A stretch of 64,000 nucleotides of DNA from the human T2T-CHM13v2.0 reference genome, Homo sapiens: NCBI RefSeq assembly GCF_009914755.1, contig NC_060944.1; one strand, 5' to 3'. Under the pieces are notes generated by a model. It made no database searches and was not told the DNA's origin. It saw only the letters and a program-made list of their open reading frames with translations. The position numbers and the translations under genes are program-made. Positions 50,101 through 63,100 of this stretch are shown piece after piece (position 1 is the stretch's first letter; every line of letters begins with the position of its first letter).

Positions 50101-52640
50101 TTCCATTCTGTGACTTGAATGCAAACATCACCAAGTAGTTTCTCAGAACGCTGCTGTCTGCATTTTATATATATTCCCCTGTCCAAGGAAATCGTCAAAG
50201 CCAGCCAAATATCCACTTGCAGGTTCCACAAAAAGAGTGTTTCAAAACTGCTCTCTCAAAAGACATGTTCAACTCTGTCAGTTGAGGACACACATCAGAA
50301 AGAAGTTTCTCAGAATGCTTCTGTCTAGTTTTTATGGGAAGATATTTCCTTTTTCACCATAGGCCTCAAAGCGCTCCAAATGTCCACTTCCAGGGAATGG
50401 AAAAAGAGTGTTTGCAACCTGCTCTATGAAAGCAAATGTTCAACTCCGTGACTTGAATGCAACCATCACAAGGAAGTTTCTGAGAATGCTTCTGTCTAGA
50501 TTTTATATGAAGATATTCCCGTTTCCAACGAAATCCTCAAAGCTATCCAAATATCCACTTGGAGATTCTACAAAAAGAGTGTTTCAAAACTGCTCTATCA
50601 GAAGAAAGGTTCTACTCCGTCAGTTGAGGACACACATCATGAGTAAGTTTCTGACAATGCTTCTGTCTAGTTTTTATGGGAAGATATGTCCTTTTTCACC
50701 TTAGGCCGGAAAGCGCTCCAAAAGTCCAGTTACAGACACTACAAAAAGAGTGTTTCAAACCTGCTCTGTGAAAGGGAATGTTCCATTCTGTGACTTGAAT
50801 GCAAACATCACAAAGAAGTTGCTGAGAATGCTGCTGTCTGCTTTTAATACCTTATCCCGTTTCCAACGAAATCCTCAAATCCAGCCAAATATCCACTTGC
50901 AGACTCCACAAAAAGATTGTTTCAAAACTGTACTGTCAAAAGAAATGTTCAACTCTGTTAGTTGAAGACACACATCAGAGACTAGCTTCTGAGAATGCTT
51001 CTGTCCAGTTGTTACGGGAAGATATTTCCTTTTTCAACATAGGCCTGAAACCGCTTCAAATGTCCACTTCCAGATACTGCAAAGAGAGTGTTTCAAACCT
51101 TCTCTACGAAAGGGCATGTTCTCCTCTGTGACGTCAATGCAAACCTCCCAAAGAAGTTTCTGAGAATGCTTCTGTCTGGATGTTATCTGAAGACAATCCC
51201 GTTTCCAACGAAATCCTCAATGCTATGCAAATATGCTCCTGCAGATTCCACAAAAAGAGTGTTTCAAAACTGCTCTATGAAAAGAAAGGTTCGACTCTGT
51301 TACTAGAGGGCACACATCACAAACAAGTTGCCGAGAATGCTTCTGTCTGGTTTTTATGGGAAGATATTTCCTTTTCCAACACAAGCTTGAATGCGCTCCA
51401 AATGGACACTTCCAGATACGACAAAAGGAGTGTTTCAAACCTGTTCTGTGAAAGGGAACGTTCCATTCTGTGACTTGAATGCAAACATCACCCAGTAGAT
51501 TCTCAGAACGCTGCTGGCTGCTTTTTATATGTATTCCCGTTTCCAACGAAATCGTCAAAGCCAGCCAAATATCCACTTGCAGTTTCCACAAAAAGAGTGT
51601 TTCAAAACTGCTCTCTCAAAAGACATGTTCAACTCTGTCAGTTGAGGACACACATCACAAGGAAGTTTGTGAGAATGCTTCTGCCTAGTATTTATGGGAA
51701 GATATTTCCTTTTTCACCATAGGCCTCAAAGCGCTCCAAATGTCCACTTCCAGGGAATGGAAAAAGAGTGTTTCCAACCTGCTCTATGAAAGCGAATGTT
51801 CAACTCCGCAACTTGAATGCAACCATCACGAGGAAGTTTCTGAGAATGCTTCTGTCTAGATTTTATATGAAGATATTCACGTTTCCAACGAAATCCTCAA
51901 AGCTATCCAAATATCCACTTGGAGATTCTACAAAAAGAGTGTTTCAAAACTGCTCTATCAAAAGAAAGGTTCTACTCCGTCAGTTGAGGACACACATCAC
52001 GAGTAAGTTTCTGACAATGCTTCTGTCTAGTTTTTATGGGAAGATATGTCCTTTTTCACCTTAGGCCGGAAAGCGCTCCAAAAGTCCAGTTACAGACACT
52101 ACAAAAAGAGTGTTTCAAACCTGCTCTGTGAAAGGGAATGTTCCATTCTGTGACTTGAATGCAAACATCACAAAGAAGTTGCTGAGAATGCTGCTGTCTG
52201 CTTTTTATACCTTATCCCGTTTCCAACGAAATCCTCAAATCTAGCCAAATATCCACTTGCAGACTCCACAAAAACAGTGTTTCAAAACTGTACTGTCAAA
52301 AGAAATGTTCAACTCTGTTAGTTGAGGACACACATCAGAGACTAGCTTCTGAGAATGCTTCTGTCCAGTTGTTACGGGAAGATATTTCCTTTTTCAACAT
52401 AGGCGTGAAACCGCTTCAAATGTCCACTTCCAGATACTGCAAAGAGAGTGTTTCAAACCTCCTCTACGAAAGGGCATGTTCTCCTCTGTGACGTCAATGC
52501 AAACATCCCAAAGAAGTTTCTGAGAATGCTTCTGTCTGGATTTTATCTGAAGACAATCCCGTTTCCAACGAAATCCTCAAAGCTATGCAAATATGCTCCT
52601 GCAGATTCTACAAAAAGAGTGTTTCAAAACTGCTCTATGA
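47200..52640 (-). repeat. Recent tandem duplication of a 16-mer (2720-bp period); ends approximate
   Basis: Private variants paired at +2720: 47441/50161, 47691/50411, 47881/50601, 48191/50911, 48581/51301, 48771/51491, 49081/51801, 49741/52461. Confidence 0.88.
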
Positions 52641-55600
52641 AAAGAAAGGTTCGACTCTGTTAGTAGAGGGCACACATCACAAACAAGTTGCCGAGAATGC
52701 TTCTGTCTGGTTTTTATGGGAAGATATTTCCTTTTCCAACACAAGCCTGAATGCGCTCCAAATGGACACTTCCAGATACGACAAAAGGAGTGTTTCAAAG
52801 CTGTTCTATGAAAGGGAACGTTCCATTCTGTGACTTGAATGCAAACATCACCAAGTAGTTTCTCAGAACGCTGCTGTCTGCTTTTTATATGTATTCCCGT
52901 TTCCAACGAAATCGTCAAAGCCAGCCAAATATCCACTTGCAGGTTCCACAAAAAGAGTGTGTCAAAACTGCTCTCTCAAAAGACATGTTCAACTCTGTCA
53001 GTTGAGGACACACATCACAAAGAAGTTTGTGAGAATGCTTCTGTCTAGTTTTTATGGGAAGATATTTCCTTTTTCACCATAGGCCTCAAAGCGCTCCACA
53101 TGTCCACTTCCAGGGAATGGAAAAAGAGTGTTTCCAACCTGCTCTATGAAAGCCAATGTTCAACTCCGTGACTTGAATGCAACCATCACAAGGAAGTTTC
53201 TGAGAATGCTTCTGTCTCGATTTTATATGAAGATATTCCCGTTTCCAACGAAATCCTCAAAGCTATCCAAATATCCACTTGGAGATTCTACAAAAAGAGT
53301 GTTTCAAAACTGCTCTATCAAAAGAAAGGTTCTACTCCATCAGTTGAGGACACACATCACGAGTAAGTTTCTGACAATGCTTCTGTCTAGTTTTTATGGG
53401 AAGATATGTCCTTTTTCACCTTAGGCCGGAAAGCGCTCCAAAAGTCCAGTTACAGACACTACAAAAAGAGTGTTTCAAACCTGCTCTGTGAAAGGGAATG
53501 TTCAATTCTGTGACTTGAATGCAAACATCACAAAGAAGTTGCTGAGAATGCTGCTGTCTGCTTTTTATACCTTATCCCGTTTCCAACGAAATCCTCAAAT
53601 CTAGCCAAATATCCACTTGCAGACTCCACAAAAAGAGTGTTTCAAAACTGTACTGTCAAAAGAAATGTTCAACTGTGTTAGTTGAGGACACACATCAGAG
53701 ACTAGCTTCTGAGAATGCTTCTGTCCAGTTGTTACGGGAAGATATTTCCTTTTTCAACATAGGCCTGAAACCGCTTCAAATGTCCGCTTCCAGATACTGC
53801 AAAGAGAGTGTTTCAAACCTTCTCTACGAAAGGGCATGTTCTCCTCTGTGACGTCAATGCAAACATCCCAAAGAAGTTTCTGAGAATGCTTCTGTCTGGA
53901 TTTTATCTGAAGACAATCCCGTTTCCAACGAAATCCTCAAAGCTATGCAAATATGCTCCTGCAGATTCTACAAAAAGAGTGTTTCAAAACTGCTCTATGA
54001 AAAGAAAGGTTCGACTCTGTTAGTAGAGGGCACACATCACAAACAAGTTGCCGAGAATGCTTCTGTGTGGTTTTTATGGGAAGATATTTCCTTTTGCAAC
54101 ACAAGCCTGAATGCGCTCCAAATGGACACTTCCAGATACGACAAAAGGAGTGTTTCAAAGCTGTTCTATGAAAGGGAACGTTCCATTCTGTGACTTGAAT
54201 GCAAACATCACCAAGTAGTTTCTCAGAACGCTGCTGTCTGCTTTTTATATGTATTCCCGTTTCCAACGAAATCGTCAAAGCCAGCCAAATATCCACTTGC
54301 AGGTTCCACAAAAAGAGTGTGTCAAAACTGCTCTCTCAAAAGACATGTTCAACTCTGTCAGTTGAGGACACACATCACAAAGAAGTTTGTGAGAATGCTT
54401 CTGTCTAGTTTTTATGGGAAGATATTTCCTTTTTCACCATAGGCCACAACGCGCTCCACATGTCCACTTCCAGGGAATGGAAAAAGAGTGTTTCCAACCT
54501 GCTCTATGAAAGCCAATGTTCAACTCCGTGACTTGAATGCAACCATCACAAGGAAGTTTCTGAGAATGCTTCTGTCTCGATTTTATATGAAGATATTCCC
54601 GTTTCCAACGAAATCCTCAAAGCTATCCAAATATCCACTTGGAGATTCTACAAAAAGAGTGTTTCAAAACTGCTCTATCAAAAGAAAGGTTCTACTCCAT
54701 CAGTTGAGGACACACATCACGAGTAAGTTTCTGACAATGCTTCTGTCTAGTTTTTATGGGAAGATATGTCCTTTTTCACCTTAGGCCGGAAAGCGCTCCA
54801 AAAGTCCAGTTACAGACACTACAAAAAGAGTGTTTCAAACCTGCTCTGTGAAAGGGAATGTTCAATTCTGTGACTTGAATGCAAACATCACAAAGAAGTT
54901 GCTGAGAATGCTGCTGTCTGCTTTTTATACCTTATCCCGTTTCGAACGAAATCCTCAAATCCAGCCAAATATCCACTTGCAGACTCCACGAAAAGTGTGT
55001 TTCAAAACTGTACTGTCAAAAGAAATGTTCAACTGTGTTAGTTGAGGACACACATCAGAGACTAGCTTCTGAGAATGTTTCTGTCCAGTTGTTACGGGAA
55101 GATATTTCCTTTTTCAACATAGGCCTGAAACCGTTTCAAATGTCCGCTTCCAGATACTGCAAAGAGAGTGTTTCAAACCTTCTCTACGAAAGGGCATGTT
55201 CTCCTCTGTGACGTCAATGCAAACATCCCAAAGAAGTTTCTGAGAATGCTTCTGTCTGGATTTTATCTGAAGACAATCCCGTTTCCAACGAAATCCTCAA
55301 AGATATGCAAATATGCTCCTGCAGATTCTACAAAAAGAGTGTTTCAAAACTGCTCTATGAAAAGAAAGGTTCGACTCTGTTAGTAGAGGGCACACATCAC
55401 AAACAAGTTGCCGAGAATGCTTCTGTCTGGTTTTTATGGGAAGATATTTCCTTTTCCAACACAAGCCTGAATGCGCTCCAAATGGACACTTCCAGATACG
55501 ACAAAAGGAGTGTTTCAAAGCTGTTCTATGAAAGGGAACGTTCCATTCTGTGACTTGAATGCAAACATCACCAAGTAGTTTCTCAGAACGCTGCTGTCTG

Positions 55601-57159
55601 CTTTTTATATGTATTCCCGTTTCCAACGAAATCGTCAAAGCCAGCCAAATATCCACTTGCAGGTTCCACAAAAAGAGTGTGTCAAAACTGCTCTCTCAAA
55701 AGACATGTTCAACTCTGTCAGTTGAGGACACACATCACAAAGAAGTTTGTGAGAATGCTTCTGTCTAGTTTTTATGGGAAGATATTTCCTTTTTCACCAT
55801 AGGCCACAACGCGCTCCACATGTCCACTTCCAGGGAATGGAAAAAGAGTGTTTCCAACCTGCTCTATGAAAGCCAATGTTCAACTCCGTGACTTGAATGC
55901 AACCATCACAAGGAAGTTTCTGAGAATGCTTCTGTCTCGATTTTATATGAAGATATTCCCGTTTCCAACGAAATCCTCAAAGCTATCCAAATATCCACTT
56001 GGAGATTCTACAAAAAGAGTGTTTCAAAACTGCTCTATCAAAAGAAAGGTTCTACTCCATCAGTTGAGGACACACATCACGAGTAAGTTTCTGACAATGC
56101 TTCTGTCTAGTTTTTATGGGAAGATATGTCCTTTTTCACCTTAGGCCAGAAAGCGCTCCAAAAGTCCAGTTACAGACACTACAAAAAGAGTGTTTCAAAC
56201 CTGCTCTGTGAAAGGGAATGTTCAATTCTGTGACTTGAATGCAAACATCACAAAGAAGTTGCTGAGAATGCTGCTGTCTGCTTTTTATACCTTATCCCGT
56301 TTCCAACGAAATCCTCAAATCTAGCCAAATATCCACTTGCAGACTCCACAAAAAGAGTGTTTCAAAACTGTACTGTCAAAAGAAATGTTCAACTGTGTTA
56401 GTTGAGGACACACATCAGAGACTAGCTTCTGAGAATGCTTCTGTCCAGTTGTTACGGGAAGATATTTCCTTTTTCAACATAGGCCTGAAACCGCTTCAAA
56501 TGTCCGCTTCCAGATACTGCAAAGAGAGTGTTTCAAACCTTCTCTACGAAAGGGCATGTTCTCCTCTGTGACGTCAATGCAAACATCCCAAAGAAGTTTC
56601 TGAGAATGCTTCTGTCTGGATTTTATCTGAAGACAATCCCGTTTCCAACGAAATCCTCAAAGATATGCAAATATGCTCCTGCAGATTCTACAAAAAGAGT
56701 GTTTCAAAACTGCTCTATGAAAAGAAAGGTTCGACTCTGTTAGTAGAGGGCACACATCACAAACAAGTTGCCGAGAATGCTTCTGTCTGGTTTTTATGGG
56801 AAGATATTTCCTTTTCCAACACAAGCCTGAATGCGCTCCAAATGGACACTTCCAGATACGACAAAAGGAGTGTTTCAAAGCTGTTCTATGAAAGGGAACG
56901 TTCCATTCTGTGACTTGAATGCAAACATCACCAAGTAGTTTCTCAGAACGCTGCTGTCTGCTTTTTATATGTATTCCCGTTTCCAACGAAATCGTCAAAG
57001 CCAGCCAAATATCCACTTGCAGGTTCCACAAAAAGAGTGTGTCAAAACTGCTCTCTCAAAAGACATGTTCAACTCTGTCAGTTGAGGACACACATCACAA
57101 AGAAGTTTGTGAGAATGCTTCTGTCTAGTTTTTATGGGAAGATATTTCCTTTTTCACCA

Positions 57160-60100
57160 TAGGCCACAAAGCGCTCCACATGTCCACTTCCAGGGAATGG
57201 AAAAAGAGTGTTTCCAACCTGCTCTATGAAAGCGAATGTTCAACTCCGTGACTTGAATGCAACCATCACAAGGAAGTTTCTGAGAATGCTTCTGTCTAGA
57301 TTTTATATAAAGATATTCCCGTTTCCAACGAAATCCTCAAAGCTATCCAAATATCCACTTGGAGATTCTACAAAAAGAGTGTTTCAAAACTGCTCTATCA
57401 AAAGAAAGGTTCTACTCCGTCAGTTGAGGACACACATCACGAGTAAGTTTCTGACAATGCTTCTGTCTAGGTTTTATGGGAAGATATGTCCTTCTTCACC
57501 TTTGGCCGGAAAGCGCTCCAAAAGTCCAGTTACAGACACTACAAAAAGAATGTTTCAAACCTGCTCTGTGAAAGGCAATATTCAATTCTGTGACTTGAAT
57601 GCAAACATCACAAAGAAGTTACTGAGAATGCTGCTGTCTGCTTTTTCTACCTTATCCCGTTTCCAACGAAATCCTCAAATCTAGCCAAATATCCACTTGC
57701 AGACTCCACAAAAACAGTGTTTCAAAACTGTACTGTCAAAAGAAATGTTCAACTGTGTTAGTTGAGGACACACATCAGAGACTAGTTTCTGAGAATGCTT
57801 CTGTCCAGTTGTTACGGGAAGATATTTCCTTTTTCAACATAGGCGTGAAACCGCTTCAAATGTCCACTTCCAGATACTGCAAAGAGAGTGTTTCAAACCT
57901 TCTCTGTGAAAGGGCATGTTCTCCTCTGTGACGTCAATGCAAACTTCCCAAAGAAGTTTCTGAGAATGCTTCTGTCTGGATTTTATCTGAAGACAATCCC
58001 GTTTCCAACGAAATCCTCAAAGATATGCAAATATGCTCCTGCAGATTCTACAAAAAGAGTGTTTCAAAACTGCTCTATGAAAAGAAAGGTTCGACTCTGT
58101 TAGTAGAGGGCACACATCACAAACAAGTTGCCGAGAATGCTTCTGTCTGGTTTTTATGGGAAGATATTTCCTTTTCCAACACAAGCCTGAATGCGCTCCA
58201 AATGGACACTTCCAGATACGACAAAAGGAGTGTTTCAAAGCTGTTCTATGAAAGGGAACGTTCCATTCTGTGACTTGAATGCAAACATCACCAAGTAGTT
58301 TCTCAAAACGCTGCTGTCTGCTTTTTATATGTATTCCCGTTTCCAACGAAATCGTCAAAGCCAGCCAAATATCCACTTGCAGGTTCCACAAAAAGAGTGT
58401 GTCAAAACTGCTCTCTCAAAAGACATGTTCAACTCTGTCAGTTGAGGACACACATCACAAAGAAGTTTGTGAGAATGCTTCTGTCTAGTTTTTATGGGAA
58501 GATATTTCCTTTTTCACCATAGGCCACAACGCGCTCCACATGTCCACTTCCAGGGAATGGAAAAAGAGTGTTTCCAACCTGCTCTATGAAAGCCAATGTT
58601 CAACTCCGTGACTTGAATGCAACCATCACAAGGAAGTTTCTGAGAATGCTTCTGTCTCGATTTTATATGAAGATATTCCCGTTTCCAACGAAATCCTCAA
58701 AGCTATCCAAATATCCACTTGGAGATTCTACAAAAAGAGTGTTTCAAAACTGCTCTATCAAAAGAAAGGTTCTACTCCATCAGTTGAGGACACACATCAC
58801 GAGTAAGTTTCTGACAATGCTTCTGTCTAGTTTTTATGGGAAGATATGTCCTTTTTCACCTTAGGCCGGAAAGCGCTCCAAAAGTCCAGTTACAGACACT
58901 ACAAAAAGAGTGTTTCAAACCTGCTCTGTGAAAGGGAATGTTCAATTCTGTGACTTGAATGCAAACATCACAAAGAAGTTGCTGAGAATGCTGCTGTCTG
59001 CTTTTTATACCTTATCCCGTTTCCAACGAAATCCTCAAATCTAGCCAAATATCCACTTGCAGACTCCACAAAAAGAGTGTTTCAAAACTGTACTGTCAAA
59101 AGAAATGTTCAACTGTGTTAGTTGAGGACACACATCAGAGACTAGCTTCTGAGAATGCTTCTGTCCAGTTGTTAAGGGAAGATATTTCCTTTTTCAACAT
59201 AGGCCTGAAACCGCTTCAAATGTCCACTTCCAGATACTGCAAAGAGAGTGTTTCAAACCTTCTCTATGAAAGGGCATGTTCTCCTCTGTGACGTCAATGC
59301 AAACATCCCAAAGAAGTTTCTGAGAATGCTTCTGTCTGGATTTTATCTGAAGACAATCCCGTTTCCAACGAAATACTCAAAGATATGCAAATATGCTCCT
59401 GCAGATTCTACAAAAAGAGTGTTTCAAAACTGCTCTATGAAAAGAAAGGTTCGACTCTGTTAGTAGAGGGCACACATCACAAACAAGTTGCCGAGAATGC
59501 TTCTGTCTGGTTTTTATGGGAAGATATTTCCTTTTCCAACACAAGCCTGAATGCGCTCCAAATGGACACTTCCAGATACGACAAAAGGAGTGTTTCAAAG
59601 CTGTTCTATGAAAGGGAACGTTCCATTCTGTGACTTGAATGCAAACATCACCAAGTAGTTTCTCAGAACGCTGCTGTCTGCTTTTTATATGTATTCCCGT
59701 TTCCAACGAAATCGTCAAAGCCAGCCAAATATCCACTTGCAGGTTCCACAAAAAGAGTGTGTCAAAACTGCTCTCTCAAAAGACATGTTCAACTCTGTCA
59801 GTTGAGGACACACATCACAAAGAAGTTTGTGAGAATGCTTCTGTCTAGTTTTTATGGGAAGATATTTCCTTTTTCACCATAGGCCACAACGCGCTCCACA
59901 TGTCCACTTCCAGGGAATGGAAAAAGAGTGTTTCCAACCTGCTCTATGAAAGCCAATGTTCAACTCCGTGACTTGAATGCAACCATCACAAGGAAGTTTC
60001 TGAGAATGCTTCTGTCTCGATTTTATATGAAGATATTCCCGTTTCCAACGAAATCCTCAAAGCTATCCAAATATCCACTTGGAGATTCTACAAAAAGAGT

Positions 60101-63100
60101 GTTTCAAAACTGCTCTATCAAAAGAAAGGTTCTACTCCATCAGTTGAGGACACACATCACGAGTAAGTTTCTGACAATGCTTCTGTCTAGTTTTTATGGG
60201 AAGATATGTCCTTTTTCACCTTAGGCCGGAAAGCGCTCCAAAAGTCCAGTTACAGACACTACAAAAAGAGTGTTTCAAACCTGCTCTGTGAAAGGGAATG
60301 TTCAATTCTGTGACTTGAATGCAAACATCACAAAGAAGTTGCTGAGAATGCTGCTGTCTGCTTTTTATACCTTATCCCGTTTCCAACGAAATCCTCAAAT
60401 CTAGCCAAATATCCACTTGCAGACTCCACAAAAAGAGTGTTTCAAAACTGTACTGTCAAAAGAAATGTTCAACTGTGTTAGTTGAGGACACACATCAGAG
60501 ACTAGCTTCTGAGAATGCTTCTGTCCAGTTGTTACGGGAAGATATTTCCTTTTTCAACATAGGCCTGAAACCGCTTCAAATGTCCACTTCCAGATACTGC
60601 AAAGAGAGTGTTTCAAACCTTCTCTACGAAAGGGCATGTTCTCCTCTGTGACGTCAATGCAAACATCCCAAAGAAGTTTCTGAGAATGCTTCTGTCTGGA
60701 TTTTATCTGAAGACAATCCCGTTTCCAACGAAATACTCAAAGATATGCAAATATGCTCCTGCAGATTCTACAAAAAGAGTGTTTCAAAACTGCTCTATGA
60801 AAAGAAAGGTTCGACTCTGTTAGTAGAGGGCACACATCACAAACAAGTTGCCGAGAATGCTTCTGTCTGGTTTTTATGGGAAGATATTTCCTTTTCCAAC
60901 ACAAGCCTGAATGCGCTCCAAATGGACACTTCCAGATACGACAAAAGGAGTGTTTCAAAGCTGTTCTATGAAAGGGAACGTTCCATTCTGTGACTTGAAT
61001 GCAAACATCACCAAGTAGTTTCTCAGAACGCTGCTGTCTGCTTTTTATATGTATTCCCGTTTCCAACGAAATCGTCAAAGCCAGCCAAATATCCACTTGC
61101 AGGTTCCACAAAAAGAGTGTGTCAAAACTGCTCTCTCAAAAGACATGTTCAACTCTGTCAGTTGAGGACACACATCACAAAGAAGTTTGTGAGAATGCTT
61201 CTGTCTAGTTTTTATGGGAAGATATTTCCTTTTTCACCATAGGCCACAAAGCGCTCCACATGTCCACTTCCAGGGAATGGAAAAAGAGTGTTTCCAACCT
61301 GCTCTATGAAAGCGAATGTTCAACTCCGTGACTTGAATGCAACCATCACAAGGAAGTTTCTGAGAATGCTTCTGTCTAGATTTTATATAAAGATATTCCC
61401 GTTTCCAACGAAATCCTCAAAGCTATCCAAATATCCACTTGGAGATTCTACAAAAAGAGTGTTTCAAAACTGCTCTATCAAAAGAAAGGTTCTACTCCGT
61501 CAGTTGAGGACACACATCACGAGTAAGTTTCTGACAATGCTTCTGTCTAGGTTTTATGGGAAGATATGTCCTTCTTCACCTTTGGCCGGAAAGCGCTCCA
61601 AAAGTCCAGTTACAGACACTACAAAAAGAATGTTTCAAACCTGCTCTGTGAAAGGCAATATTCAATTCTGTGACTTGAATGCAAACATCACAAAGAAGTT
61701 ACTGAGAATGCTGCTGTCTGCTTTTTCTACCTTATCCCGTTTCCAACGAAATCCTCAAATCTAGCCAAATATCCACTTGCAGACTCCACAAAAAGAGTGT
61801 TTCAAAACTGTACTGTCAAAAGAAATGTTCAACTGTGTTAGTTGAGGACACACATCAGAGACTAGCTTCTGAGAATGCTTCTGTCCAGTTGTTACGGGAA
61901 GATATTTCCTTTTTCAACATAGGCGTGAAACCGCTTCAAATGTCCACTTCCAGATACTGCAAAGAGAGTGTTTCAAACCTTCTCTGTGAAAGGGCATGTT
62001 CTCCTCTGTGACGTCAATGCAAACTTCCCAAAGAAGTTTCTGAGAATGCTTCTGTCTGGATTTTATCTGAAGACAATCCCGTTTCCAACGAAATCCTCAA
62101 AGATATGCAAATATGCTCCTGCAGATTCTACAAAAAGAGTGTTTCAAAACTGCTCTATGAAAAGAAAGGTTCGACTCTGTTAGTAGAGGGCACACATCAC
62201 AAACAAGTTGCCGAGAATGCTTCTGTCTGGTTTTTATGGGAAGATATTTCCTTTTCCAACACAAGCCTGAATGCGCTCCAAATGGACACTTCCAGATACG
62301 ACAAAAGGAGTGTTTCAAAGCTGTTCTATGAAAGGGAACGTTCCATTCTGTGACTTGAATGCAAACATCACCAAGTAGTTTCTCAAAACGCTGCTGTCTG
62401 CTTTTTATATGTATTCCCGTTTCCAACGAAATCGTCAAAGCCAGCCAAATATCCACTTGCAGGTTCCACAAAAAGAGTGTGTCAAAACTGCTCTCTCAAA
62501 AGACATGTTCAACTCTGTCAGTTGAGGACACACATCACAAAGAAGTTTGTGAGAATGCTTCTGTCTAGTTTTTATGGGAAGATATTTCCTTTTTCACCAT
62601 AGGCCACAACGCGCTCCACATGTCCACTTCCAGGGAATGGAAAAAGAGTGTTTCCAACCTGCTCTATGAAAGCCAATGTTCAACTCCGTGACTTGAATGC
62701 AACCATCACAAGGAAGTTTCTGAGAATGCTTCTGTCTCGATTTTATATGAAGATATTCCCGTTTCCAACGAAATCCTCAAAGCTATCCAAATATCCACTT
62801 GGAGATTCTACAAAAAGAGTGTTTCAAAACTGCTCTATCAAAAGAAAGGTTCTACTCCATCAGTTGAGGACACACATCACGAGTAAGTTTCTGACAATGC
62901 TTCTGTCTAGTTTTTATGGGAAGATATGTCCTTTTTCACCTTAGGCCGGAAAGCGCTCCAAAAGTCCAGTTACAGACACTACAAAAAGAGTGTTTCAAAC
63001 CTGCTCTGTGAAAGGGAATGTTCAATTCTGTGACTTGAATGCAAACATCACAAAGAAGTTGCTGAGAATGCTGCTGTCTGCTTTTTATACCTTATCCCGT

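Noticed and set aside
54936-54952. Variant box cccgtttcgaacgaa as a CENP-B knock-out
   Set aside because: The change falls at a non-essential N position of NTTCGNNNNANNCGGGN, so the core is retained.
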